Shown here: positions 36,012 to 46,168 of the stretch, in pieces
How the letters are laid out: each line of letters begins with the position of its first letter
Position numbering within the stretch: position 1 is the stretch's first letter
Source: Cyanophora paradoxa CCMP329
Lineage: Eukaryota; Plantae; Glaucophyta
DNA: 46,168 bases
Direction of reading: 5' to 3'
NCBI GenBank assembly: GCA_004431415.1
Contig: QPMI01000234.1
Span: forward strand, 1 to 46,168
Translations under genes and position numbers: made by a program
The notes under the pieces: model-generated
Seen by the model: only the letters and a program-made list of their open reading frames with translations
Told to the model about the DNA's origin: nothing
Database searches by the model: none

Positions 36012-39000
36012 TCAGATGGGCGCGGGCGGGCTCGCGCTGGGCGAAGGCCGCGAGGCGATCTCGTCCGCCCGCTGCAGCTGCTCGCAGCGGGCGAGGGCGG
36101 CGCGGAGGCGGCGGAGGCGGGGGTGATCGGGGGGGAAGGCGAGGGGGAAGCGGGCGGCGGCGCGGAGGGCGAGGGAGAAGGCGCGGGCGGCGGGGCGCCA
36201 GAGGCCGAGCCGCGCCTGCAGCTCCGCCACGGCGCAGAGACAGTACATTGTGCCCGGGCTGAGACTGTGCGGGTCGCACACTGCCGACACGAACCTGCGC
36301 GCCGGGCGGGATCGCAGCTCGAGTTCAGCGGGCGCCAGAGCAGGCCGCGGCGGGCACCCGGAGGGAGGGGCGCGGGGCGCGCACAGGAAGAACTTGTACA
36401 GCTCGAGGTGCACCTTCAGCGGGGCGCCCGTGGCCTGGGCCGTGCGGAGCGTCCCCACGCTCGTGTCCAGCGCCGGGCTGCCGTGGACCCGGCGCGGCCC
36501 GCGTCGACCGCAGAGAAGCCGCAGCAGAATTCGAAGCGCGGGCGCACTGGGCGGGGTCGGAGTGGGCGAGGGCGAGGATGTAGCAGGTGCGCGCGTGCTC
36601 GTAGAGGGCCCGGAAGTCCCCCGCCCGCAGCGCCAGCACCGCCCCCAGGCCCGCCGCCCTGTACCCCATCGCCTCCCGCTCCCTGCCCCCGCCCCCGCCC
36701 CCGCCGTCACCCCGCGGCCTGCAGCGGCGCCCGAGAGGGGACGGGGGCGCGCCGCTCGGCGGGGGAGAGGGCGCGGTGGATCTCGAGCATGCGGGCGATG
36801 AAGCGCTGGCCCTCGGCCCAGCGGCCCGCCCCCACCGCCAGGAGCGCTTTGATTTGAGCAGTCAGCGCCCCGGGCCCGGGGGAGAGGAGGCCGGGCCGGG
36901 GCGAGGGTGCCGGGGAGGCGTACCGAGGGAGGCGCAGGCGCGGGCCTCGAAGTGGAGGTCCTGTACCCCCTCCTGGAACCAGTACAGCCGCTCCGCGAGG
37001 CGGTAGGCCGTCGGGCTGTACCCTGGTCGTGCACGTGGGAAGGTTTGAGTGAGACGATAAGGCACAAGGGGGAAGGGGCAGTGCAGTACTAGTGCGCGGG
37101 GTGAGCTATACGCATATCTAGGGCCTATCTAGGGGCGCGCCGTGGGCCTCGGCGAGGTAGAGGACGATGCGGGCCTCGAGGCGGGAGGGGCAGCTCCAGC
37201 CGACGGGGCCGGCCCGCAGCAGCAGCGACCACGCCTCGAAGAGGTGCCCGATCCCCTCCTCCATCACCCCGTCCTGCACGCCGCCCCCGGGGAAGAGAGT
37301 CGGGCAGGGGGCCGGGGGAGCTCAGAGGGCCGACAAAGCCGTCGGGCGAGCGCGCGGGGCCGCGGTCTCGCACCATGACGAGCTGCCCGCCGAGGGCGAC
37401 GAGGGCCTCCGCCCACAGGAGCGTCGCGCGGGGCTCCTCCCCGGCCCCCGGCGCCCGCCCCCGCTCCGCCAGCTCCCGCGCCGCGGCCAGCGCGGGGCGC
37501 ACCACGTCGAGCGCCGCCCCCAGCGCGATCACGTGCAGGTCCGGCGCCGCGTGGTACCTGGGCGGGGGCGGGCGTCGCGGGCCGCGGCGGTCAGACAGGC
37601 GGCAGCTCCAGGAAATGAATCGAAGGGAAAGCGAAACCGGCAGGAGAGAAGAAAGAGAGAAAAAGAAAGGAGAAAGAAATCGAAAGTGATTTTCGCGATC
37701 GGCGTGTGAGAGAGGGCTTACATATTCGGCCTGATATCCATGTACGTAGGCCGCGGCCGGCGCATGCGCAGGGGCACCGTGAGGGGCGTCGGCGCAGGAG
37801 AAGGGAAGACACGGAGGGGGCACCGCAGCGCCTCAACGGCGTCCAGCGCGCCGCGGATCGCGTCGTCGGAGTCGGGCCTGCGTGCGGTGCACGTGCACGT
37901 GGGCGGGATGCGCATGCGGGGGGCCGGGGTACGGGTCGGGGGCGGAGCTGCAGGCGCACAGGTCCCGGAGGCGGCGGAGGGCTGCCGCCCGCAGGTGCTC
38001 CGCCACCCGCCGCACCTGCGCGCGCCGCCCTCCGAGGTCTCCAACTTGGGAGGGCGGCGGCGGGCGGGGGCCGCGGCGCGCCTGGGCGAAGGTGCCGGAG
38101 GCCTCGCGGATGACGACGAGGGCGCGGCGGAGGGCGAGGCGCCCCTCGAAGGAGCGGACCCAGGGCGAGAGCAGGAGGGCGTCCGAGGCGAGCCGCCCCG
38201 CCGCCTCCAGGGCCCCCGCGGCGCGCTGCGCGGGGCCCGGCGCCGCCCGCGCCGCCTCCAGGCACTCCTCGACCGCCCGCAGGAACGCCCGCGCCTCGCA
38301 GTCGGCGGCCCCCGGCGGGGGCTCCGCCCAGGGCGGCAGGGCGTCCGGGTGCATGTGGATCGGCGGCTCGTCGAGCACGTCGATTGCGAAGAGGGGCCCC
38401 GCGAGGGGCTGCGGCGAGGCCTCCACCCCCGCCGGCTGCCGCAGGGCGCGCAGCACGGCGGCGAGGGCGGCGAGGGCGGCCAGCGCGGGCTGCGGGCTGC
38501 CGTCGGGGAGCGGGCGGGCCTCGAGGGCGGCCGCGGTGCGCTCCACGAGGGCCAGGATGGCGTCCCGCTGGTCGACGACCGCGTACGCCAGCGCTGCGCC
38601 GAGCGAAGTCGCCGTCAGCGCTGCGGGTGGTGGGCAGCCCCGGGGCCGGCCCCTCTGCGCACTTCGCGGCGGACCGTACGCGACGGCTGCGCGCGCACGG
38701 GGCAGTGAGGCCCAGGGCACCCCCAATTGCAAGCTGCGCGGAGCCGGCCTCGCACGTGCACCGGGCGGGGAAGCTCCGGCGGCGGAGGGCGCGGGGGAGG
38801 GGGATCCCCCGGAGGCCTCCTGGGCGATGCGCAGGCCGGCCAAGGCATCCTCCAGGGCCGCCTGAGCGGCGGCTGGGGCGGGCGCCTCGGCCCCGCCCCG
38901 GCCCCGGCCCCCGAACACCGGCTCCACCGCCAGGCCCGAGGCCGCGATGGCGGCCGCCACGATCCCCTCCGTCTCAAACGGGCCGGCGCCGGCCCCGCTC

Positions 39001-40192
39001 TGCGGCCGCGGATTCGAAGGCAAAGGCGGCAGCGCCGCGGCCGGCGGCGCCGGCATGCTCCGGACGACTTCGGCGACCTGCGGGGCCCCGCGGCCGCGGT
39101 CAGGAGGATCTCGAAGAGGACGGGCCCAGCGAGAAGCTCGATTGCAGGGACGGAAACAGAGGGCGCGCGTGCTCGAAGGCCCCGTCACGAAGCTCGCGGG
39201 CAGACGGGGCGCGCTTGCCCGATCCCGCCCCCGGCCCTGCCGCCGGCGCCTCGAGCTCCAGGCTCAGCCGCAGCACCGGCGGCCCCGGCAGCGGCTCGCC
39301 GCTGTCGGCCTGCCGCCCGGTGAGAAGGTCGACGTCGTTGTCACGATCAGACGGCTGCCAGCTGCAGAGTAGCATCGATATCGCGCACCCATCGGCCTCG
39401 AAGCGCGAGGTCGCGGCTCGGATCCCGCCACGGCCGTGACGTCGACGGGAGCAGCGAAAACCTGTGCGTTTGCGTGTGGGGCGGCAATCGCAGCCCGGCA
39501 GCGCAGCCCGGCCGGGCAGCGCGAGCACTTGAAAGTCTCGACGGCGCGGCCGTATTTGTCGATATTGATACGCATCGCGGCGCTCGGCTCCGTCTGCGTC
39601 GCCCGCGAAAAGTGCCAGCGCAAAAAACGCAAACGCGCGAAATTTTCAAAAAATCATATGTATTTATATAATTAATTTGAAAGAGGGCGGCTCGGACCCG
39701 GGGCGCGTTGGCGGCGGCGAGGCCCATCGAGACCCCGAGGGTCTCCACGTCGACGCCCTCGAAGGCGCCGCCGCCAGCGCCGCCCGCCCTCCAGAGGCCG
39801 AGCTCCAGGAGCGCCACGCGGGGCCGCCGGGCGGCTGACGTCTGCGCCTCGAGCTCGGGGCCGATGGGGGCGCCCGAAGCCGGCGACTCGGCACGCGCCT
39901 GCAGCTGACCGGCCTCCTCCGCAGCTGGCACGCGCAGCGCGTACGCGCACTCGGGCCTGACGAGCAGAGCGGCTTCGCCCCCGCCGGTCCAGGTCGACGT
40001 CGGGCTTGAGGGGCCCGCTTGCAATTGCAAATCGAAGACCAGCACGCCCGATAAGCCGCCGGGGCCGGCCGCAACGGTAATCCCCCACGATCGCATCCGG
40101 GCCAGAGTTGGCGTGAACGTTCCGGGGCTGCCAGCTGCAGGGGGATCCAGGACGAGCCCCGGCACGGCCGCGTGCACGTGGGCGGATGGCCT
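36012..40192 (-). CDS. Multi-exon protein of unknown function with C-terminal TPR-like helical repeats; 5' end unresolved
   Basis: Coding-like exons separated by C-rich introns, e.g. LLWAEALVALGGQLVM|DGVMEEGIGHLFEAW, LYEHARTCYILALAH, TMYCLCAVAELQARLGLWRPAARAFSLALRAAARFPLAFPPDHP...PAPI*. Confidence 0.65.
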
Positions 40193-40269
40193 CTAGTTCA
40201 ACGGTTGATCCGCGGCCAGCGATCGCGAGGACCTAAGGTTTGCGGGCGCCCGCAGCTGCGCGGGGAGAT

Positions 40270-40334
40270 CGCCCAAAATCTTTTAGTATACGTACTATAA
40301 ATATGCAGCCCACTAAATATTTCTAGCTCTCCAG
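40270..40334 (-). mobile_element. Solo, diverged end of the same TA-flanked MITE family
   Basis: Reverse complement TA|CTGGAGAGCTAGAAATATTTAGTGGGCTGCATATTTATAGTAC matches 28220-28264. Confidence 0.8.
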
Positions 40335-41699
40335 TATGCATGTATCGCAATGCATATATATAATTTAGGGCGCGATCGCGATACACATTCGCGTGAAAGA
40401 GCTCGGGAACGAGCGTGATCATGAGGCCGTACCGTAGTTAACTCGATCATCGCCGTTGGATCGCGAGGCTCGCGTGAATTCGCATCCGCGGGATCGACAT
40501 GTATACGTACGTATACGTATACGACTCACAATCGCAAATTGCGACCGTCGGATCTGCGCATGCGCATATATATGCATGCTTTCCGTGTCAAACGCGCCGT
40601 TATGAGTACATATATTTATGAGACGCACGAGTATGTACCGGGCATATGCATGCGGGGCGTCGATGGTCATGAAGGCCGTGGCCCGCCGGGCCGTACGCGT
40701 GAATCGGACAGGGTTTAACGTTAACGTTGACCAAGCCGAAATTGCAGCCTCATTTAGAAGAACCTAGGCCTTGTCGGAATCGTTGCCAGCTGCAGCTGCA
40801 GCAATCATAAGTGCAGACTGATTTCAACAAATGCTTCGCGAGTCGAGGCTCATCGATATATATCGTTTCAAGTTTTCGTACACGTAATTGTAATCTTGAG
40901 CATGATTTGCCGCGGCGCTAGCGCTGGCCGTATATATGCATGATGGGCTCGCCGCATGCGCAGACTGCAGCGCAGTGCAGCGGCGCATCTGGAGCTCAGC
41001 GGCTGCGCGTGCTCTGCGGCGCACTGCGACGATCTGCGGCGCGGCAGAACTGCAGCCGCTGATCATGAGCAGCAGATGTAGATCTACGTATACCGAGTAG
41101 GTCTAGATCTCGCGCGCGGCGCCGGCCGCGCACCGCGCAGCCTGGCTATGGCGCTGCATTGGCGCAGCCTGGCGCCGGGCGGCCCGGGCCCCGCCGGCTA
41201 TATATACTATGATTTAGCTAACGCCCGGCTTGGATTGGATCCGGACTCTGATTCCGGAGTCCGGAGTCCGGATCCGGACTCCAGGAGGGATCATCGGATA
41301 TCGATTCGCGCACTGCAGCAATTCGGAGGCTGGGGGCCTGGAGGCTGGGGCCAGGCTGGGGGCCGCAGGCCCGCCGGCGCCGCCGCGCAGCCGGGCCGGC
41401 GCCGCGTCGGCTCGCCGGCGCCGGGCGCGGCCGCCGGGCCGGGCCGGGAGTTCGGGGGACCCGGTCACCGGGTCTCCCAGGAGTTAACGCCAATTGGGGG
41501 GTACTGGTACCGGTACCTGGCACCGGAATCGCGAGTCCGCGTTCGCGATCGCGAGATTAAAATTCGCGATATCGACTCGAGCTCCGCGGCCGATCGCAAT
41601 TGCAATTCGTGGCGCCGCAGTGCACGTGGCGCGAGCCCGGCGGGCGGCGAGCCGGGCCGGCGCTGGCGCCGGTCCGAGTCCCGGGAGTCCCAGGGCCGG

Positions 41700-42432
41700 G
41701 GCCGGGGGCGGGGGCCCCGTTCCCCGCGATCGCCGGCGAGGCCGCCCTCTACGTCGCCGAAACAGAGCTGCTCCTCGAGGTGCACGCGGGGCGGGCTGCC
41801 ACGTATGAATTCGCACACACCGAGACAAATGGCTAGAGATATAACTGCGGTGTCCATCTGTGTCAAGTCGAGAGATGAACCTACGGGACTACGCGGGTGG
41901 GGCGGGGCGGGGCGGGGCGGGGCGGCCGGCGGGGCGGGGCGGGGCGGGGCGGGGCGGGGCGGGGCCGGGCCCTCGCCGCGGATCAATAGATCTGAGCAAT
42001 CTGAGCCTTTGCCCACCCGCTGCAACATAGAGCTGCGAGCCTCCTGTAACTGCGAGAAGCTTCAGGATCAGAGCCCGGGGCGGGGCGGGGCGGGGCGGGG
42101 CGGGGCGGGGCGGGGCGGGGTGGGCGGGGCGGGGCGGGGCGGGGCGGGGCGGGGCGGGGCGGGGCGGGGCGGGGCGGGCGGGGCGGGGCGGGGCGGGGCG
42201 GGGCGGGGCGGGCGGGGCGGGGCGGGGCGGGGCGGGGCGGGGCGGGGCGGGGCGGGGCGGGGCGGGGCGGGGTGGGCGGGGCGGGGCGGGGCGGGGCGGG
42301 GCGGGGCGGGGCGGGGCGGGGCGGGGCCGGGCCGGGCCCTCGCCGTGGATCAATAGATCTGAGCGATCTGAGCCTTTGCCCACCCGCTGCAATGTAGAGC
42401 TGCGAGCCTCCTGTAACTGCGAGAAGCTTCAG
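41700..42432 (-). other. Exon-like fragments, one tandemly duplicated together with a (CCCCG)n intron-like tract; possible 5' exons or gene remnant
   Basis: ~100-bp module at ~41967-42066 and ~42334-42433; on - strand CTCGCAG acceptor, GC-type donor; joins in frame to MLQRVGKGSDCSDLLIRGEG|SSLDLTQMDTAVISLAICL. Confidence 0.4.
41897..42330 (+). repeat. (GGGGC)n pentanucleotide tracts (41897-41965 and 42077-42330)
   Basis: Directly visible. Confidence 0.95.
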
Positions 42433-42589
42433 GACCCCGCCCCCCGTCGCGCCCGGCGGGATCCGGTCCGGGATCCGATGGCCTACCCCAGCACGCCGCT
42501 GTAGATGCATACCCCCAGGCCCGCGGCCGGGCCCCGCCGCTGTACGTACCCCAGAACCCGCGCCTCGAAAAGCGCGCGATGAATCATGG

Positions 42590-42595
42590 TTTATT
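42590..42595 (-). promoter_or_regulatory. Candidate AATAAA polyadenylation signal of the secreted-protein gene
   Basis: TTTATT on +, ~205 nt past the stop codon in otherwise GC-rich DNA. Confidence 0.45.
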
Positions 42596-42799
42596 TTTTG
42601 CGCGGCGCGGCGCAAGACAGAACTCGAAAAGCCTATCTAGCGTTTACTCGGTGTGCGTGGCGGGTCTGGTTGGGTCGGGGCGGGGCTGTACAGGGGAGAC
42701 CGTCGGACCGCGGGCGGCAGAGGGGCACGGAGGGCGCTCGGCTCGACACTTAGCGCCGGGCGCAGGGCGGGGCGGGGCGGGGCGGGGGGCGGGGGCGGC

Positions 42800-43184
42800 T
42801 CAGAGGAAAAAGCCCTCGAGGACCTCCTTGATGGACTTGGGGAGGCGCTTGGCGCCCTGCCCCACCGCCTCCGGCCCCGGCGACTGCCCCACGGCGGCCT
42901 TGCTCACCTGCGGCGACTCAGTGTGCGCGCCGAGGAGCGGGCTGCTGGAGGGGGGGACAGCACCTCCTCGGAGATGGCGGAGGCGGCGGGGGTGGCGGAG
43001 GGGCTCTGCGGGAACGAGATGACCTCGAAGCCGCCGGCGGTGGGCGTGGGGTTATCCGTGGACGATGTGACGGAAATCTCAAAGCCGCCCGCGGTGGGGG
43101 TAGGCGTGCCGATCTCGACGGGGAGGATCTGAGGCGTGCAGCGCAGTCCGCGGGATGGTGCGTGAGCGAAGAAGAGGGGGGACG

Positions 43185-43259
<75 letters not shown>

Positions 43260-45371
43260 GCAGACCGCCGAGGCCCCGGCCAGTGGGGTAGGGGAGAAGG
43301 CGATCTCAGCACCCACGACGCCTGCGACCGAACCCAAATATGATCAAGGCCGGGTACGGAAGAACGGGGCTGCGGGGGTACCGCGACGCAGAGGAAGGCC
43401 GTGGTCGGGATGTAGAGGCCGCTCGCGCAGATGGGGTCGGCTGCGGGCGGAGTGAGGGGAGGGTACGGCGCGGCCCCAGAGGCGGGGGTTCGCGAACCGT
43501 GGTCGTCGCCACGAAGGTCGAAGTGACGGACGGAGTCGCCTGCCGGGGGCGTCAGGAGGGGAGAGGGCGCGGGAGCGGAGGGAGGGCGGCCGAGGGGCTC
43601 GGCTGCGGGCGGCGCGGGGGCGGAGGGTCAGAGCGAGGCGGGCCGTGTCAGCAGGCGAAAGGGGAGGGGCGGCGGGCACCGAGGGCGTGGGTGACGCGGT
43701 GATGGTCTCGATCTCGATGGGCTGCCGGGCGGGCGGCCTCAGAGGCGGGGCGCGCGGGCGCGGGCGCGCGGTGCGCGGGGCGGGGGGTACGACGCACGGC
43801 GAGGGTGGCCAAGGCGGTCGGGGTCTCGAGGGCGCGGCCGAGGGGCTCGCCGTCTCGGTCGGCGTGGCGGTGGGCGCCTCGGAGGGCGTGGTGGTGGCCG
43901 TCTCAGTGGGCAGCGCGTGGGCGCCGCGGAGGGCGTGGCGGCCGGCGTCCCGCTCGGGGACGGGCTCGGGTCGCGCTGGGGCTCGCCGTCTCGGTCGGCG
44001 CGGCCGTCGGGGTCCCGAGGGCGAGAGCGAGGCCGAGGGCGAGGGCGTCTCGCTCGGCGTCGGCGAGGCCTTCGCCCGCGTCGGCGTCGGCAGCGGCTGC
44101 CGCGACCGACACCGCCCGTCAGCGCTTTGTCGCGCGCCGCGCGAGGCGAGGGCGGGGCGCGAGGCGGCGCGGACCGTCTCAGTCGCGAAGGTTGTGACCG
44201 TCGGCTGCGCGCGGGGCCCGAATCAGGGGCGGGGCGGCGGGCCGAGCGCCAGCGGTCAAGCAATCCGCGACAGTAGCAGAGGCGCTCGCTGCGCGAGTCA
44301 CGAGTGAGGGCGCTGAGAAGAGAGAGGCCGGTGGGTCGGGGGTCTGAACAGCGCCGGCGCACCAGTGGGGATTGCGGTGAAGGTCGGCGCCGGCGTGGCG
44401 GTGGCCGCCTCTGGACGGTGCGCGGGGCGCTCGGCTTAGAGGGATGGCCGGGCGGACGTGGAGGCAAACGGACTGGTGGGCGTCGCCACGGATGACGGCG
44501 TCGCGGAGGCTGGCGGGAGGAAACCGGCGCGTGAGTGCGAGGGCGAGGGCAAAGGCAGGCGGCGCCGGGCGCCAGCGTGACGCACCACTAGCGCTCACGA
44601 ACGGCGTCGGCGTCGCAGAGGGCGCTGCCGGGCAGCCATCGGCTTCTGGCGCGGGCGGCGCCAGAGGCGGCGCGGCGCACGGGTGGCAGTGGCGAGCACG
44701 CATTGCCCGTTGAGGCAGATGCGCGACGGAGGCAGCATTGCTGCCCGCGCCGACGCGATCGTTAGTGAACGAACGTAACGACGAGAGCCCGCGCGCTCGC
44801 AGCCTCCCGACTGGTCGCAAGCAAACAGCCGCGGGGCGCGATGACAGCGCGGATCGAACGAGCGCACCGCGCCGCAACAGGTCAGACCTGCTCAAACGCA
44901 TAAGAGGATGCTCGATCAGCGATTGCCGCCGCGCAGGGCGCGGAACAGGAAACTGCTGACGAGAGCGCATGCGCACGGGAGGGCAACCGCTGATGGCGCA
45001 CGTGGGGAAGCCTGCGATCCCTACATCCGCATTTGCATTCTCCCCGCCAGTGTTTTGAGCCGGAGGGGAAGCCGAGGCCTGCGCGCTCGGCGAGGCCCGG
45101 GCGAATTCGAAGCGCTCACATCCGCAAATTGCTGCTGCGAGGTCTGGTCGGACTGCTGCTCCTGCTGCTGCTGAGACGTTTGATCCTGCGCGGAAGCCGA
45201 GGCCTGCGCGCTCGGCGAGGCCCCGGGCGAATTCGAAGCGCTCACGTCCGCAAATTGCTGTTGCGAGGTCTGGTCGGACTGCTGCCCCTGCTGCTGCTGA
45301 GAGGTTTGATCCTGCGCGAGGACCGCGCCGAGCGCGACAGCGAAGACGAAGGCGAGCAGGACGCGCCGCAT
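42800..45371 (-). CDS. Secreted Ser/Thr/Pro/Gln-rich mucin/extensin-like protein, many micro-exons
   Basis: Signal peptide MRRVLLAFVFAVALGAVLA; duplicated ~42-aa Gln-rich unit; TPTATP-type exons; last exons ILPVEIGTPTPTAGGFEI...ISEE|VSKAAV...KSIKEVLEGFFL*. Confidence 0.75.
43187..43258 (+). repeat. (GT)n microsatellite followed by poly-G, intronic
   Basis: Directly visible. Confidence 0.95.
45067..45317 (-). repeat. 2 x ~126-bp coding tandem repeat (QDQTSQQQQ...SASA)
   Basis: Units at ~45067 and ~45192. Confidence 0.9.
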
Positions 45372-45559
45372 TTCGACGACAGCTGCTGGGCAGTTAGGAT
45401 CCCTCCCCCCCCCCCCCCGCCCCCCTTCCCCCCCCCACGTGCATTGCGCGTACCCAACCGAAGTTGCGATTAACTGCGAAGCCCGCCGCGAGACCCCAGC
45501 CCCAATCTAGAGAAATCGCATCTTCAGTCAGAGAATCTATACATCAAGCGAGTTCCGCA

Positions 45560-46168
45560 GCGCTGCCGCCGCGATGCGGAGCGCACAGCGCAGCTGGCCG
45601 GCAGCGCGTCGCCGCAGCCGCCGCCAATCGCCGAGGAGCAGCCGGATGTGCTCCTAAGGACCTCCTCTCCCTCCGCCCCTGGAAGCCCGCATCTACTACG
45701 GCGTCGTGAGGCCACAAGAATACGCGGTGCGCCAGGCTCGCCTGCAAGGCCCGCGCGCGCTACGGCGGAATGCGCTTGAAGAGAGCGAGGCGTACGCGAG
45801 CGCTCGGCCCGCCTGCAGCGCCGCCTCTGCCTCGCGCCGAACGTTGCCCAAGTGGCCGGGCCGCTCACGCCGAGGGCGGCAGGCACGGAGCACGCGAAGG
45901 AGGGCCCGTGCACTTCTGAAGGCACGCGGCCGGGCTCGAAGACGCTCGTGCGCCGCGCCAGGTCGGAGACGCCGTCCAAGGGCCGGGTCCGCCCGGCCCG
46001 CCCGCCCGCCGGCCGCCCGCACCGTCGCCGGCGAGCCCAGCCGCCCGCCTCACGCTCGAGGGGCCCGCAGACCGTCAAATGAACCTTTCCAGCTCTTCGT
46101 GCGCGCCGCGCCGCGCCGGCGGCCGCCCCCGCGGGCGCGCGGGGCGCGGCGGCTCAGGCGGGCGGGCG
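45560..46168 (+). CDS. Possible 5' part of a spliced gene running off the window
   Basis: Intron-like GTCCGCCC...CCCGCAG (~45986-46070) and GTGCGCGCC (~46099) on +; start codon and product unclear. Confidence 0.3.

Noticed and set aside
42334-42433. U4 snRNA or snoRNA (AGCTTCTCGCAG resembles the U4 5' end)
   Set aside because: Mismatches in the U6-pairing stretch; no Sm site and no C/D or H/ACA boxes.
29415-44976. Long Arg/Gly/Pro-rich ORFs (e.g. 29415-31004, 31480-32832, 32363-34135, 41148-42356)
   Set aside because: Antisense or off-frame shadows of GC-rich spliced genes and repeats.

Overview
Eukaryotic, very GC-rich, intron-dense nuclear DNA from an alga or protist; the style recalls glaucophytes such as Cyanophora, but the organism cannot be established from this window. 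Most long ORFs in the six-frame track are GC-shadow artefacts, and the real genes are multi-exon. Content in order: (1) 1-10479, two head-to-tail copies of a ~5.33 kb unit bounded by ~28-bp inverted repeats, encoding an unrecognised ~1000-aa spliced protein whose probable first exons straddle the unit junction; (2) a TmcB-like multi-pass membrane protein (+); (3) a CCCH/RRM-like/RBR E3 ligase gene (-) with a Helentron/HINE-like element in one intron; (4) a TA-flanked MITE; (5) a CBM20 protein (+); (6) GEX1/KAR5/Brambleberry (-); (7) an unknown helical-repeat protein (-); (8) a duplicated exon-like module between (GGGGC)n tracts; (9) a secreted Ser/Thr/Pro/Gln-rich protein (-). Two genome-level oddities stand out: frequent GC-AG introns, and a pervasive signature of 3-nt inverted triplications (X-rcX-X) that fills non-coding DNA with short palindromes. 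All exon structures were read by eye and are approximate.
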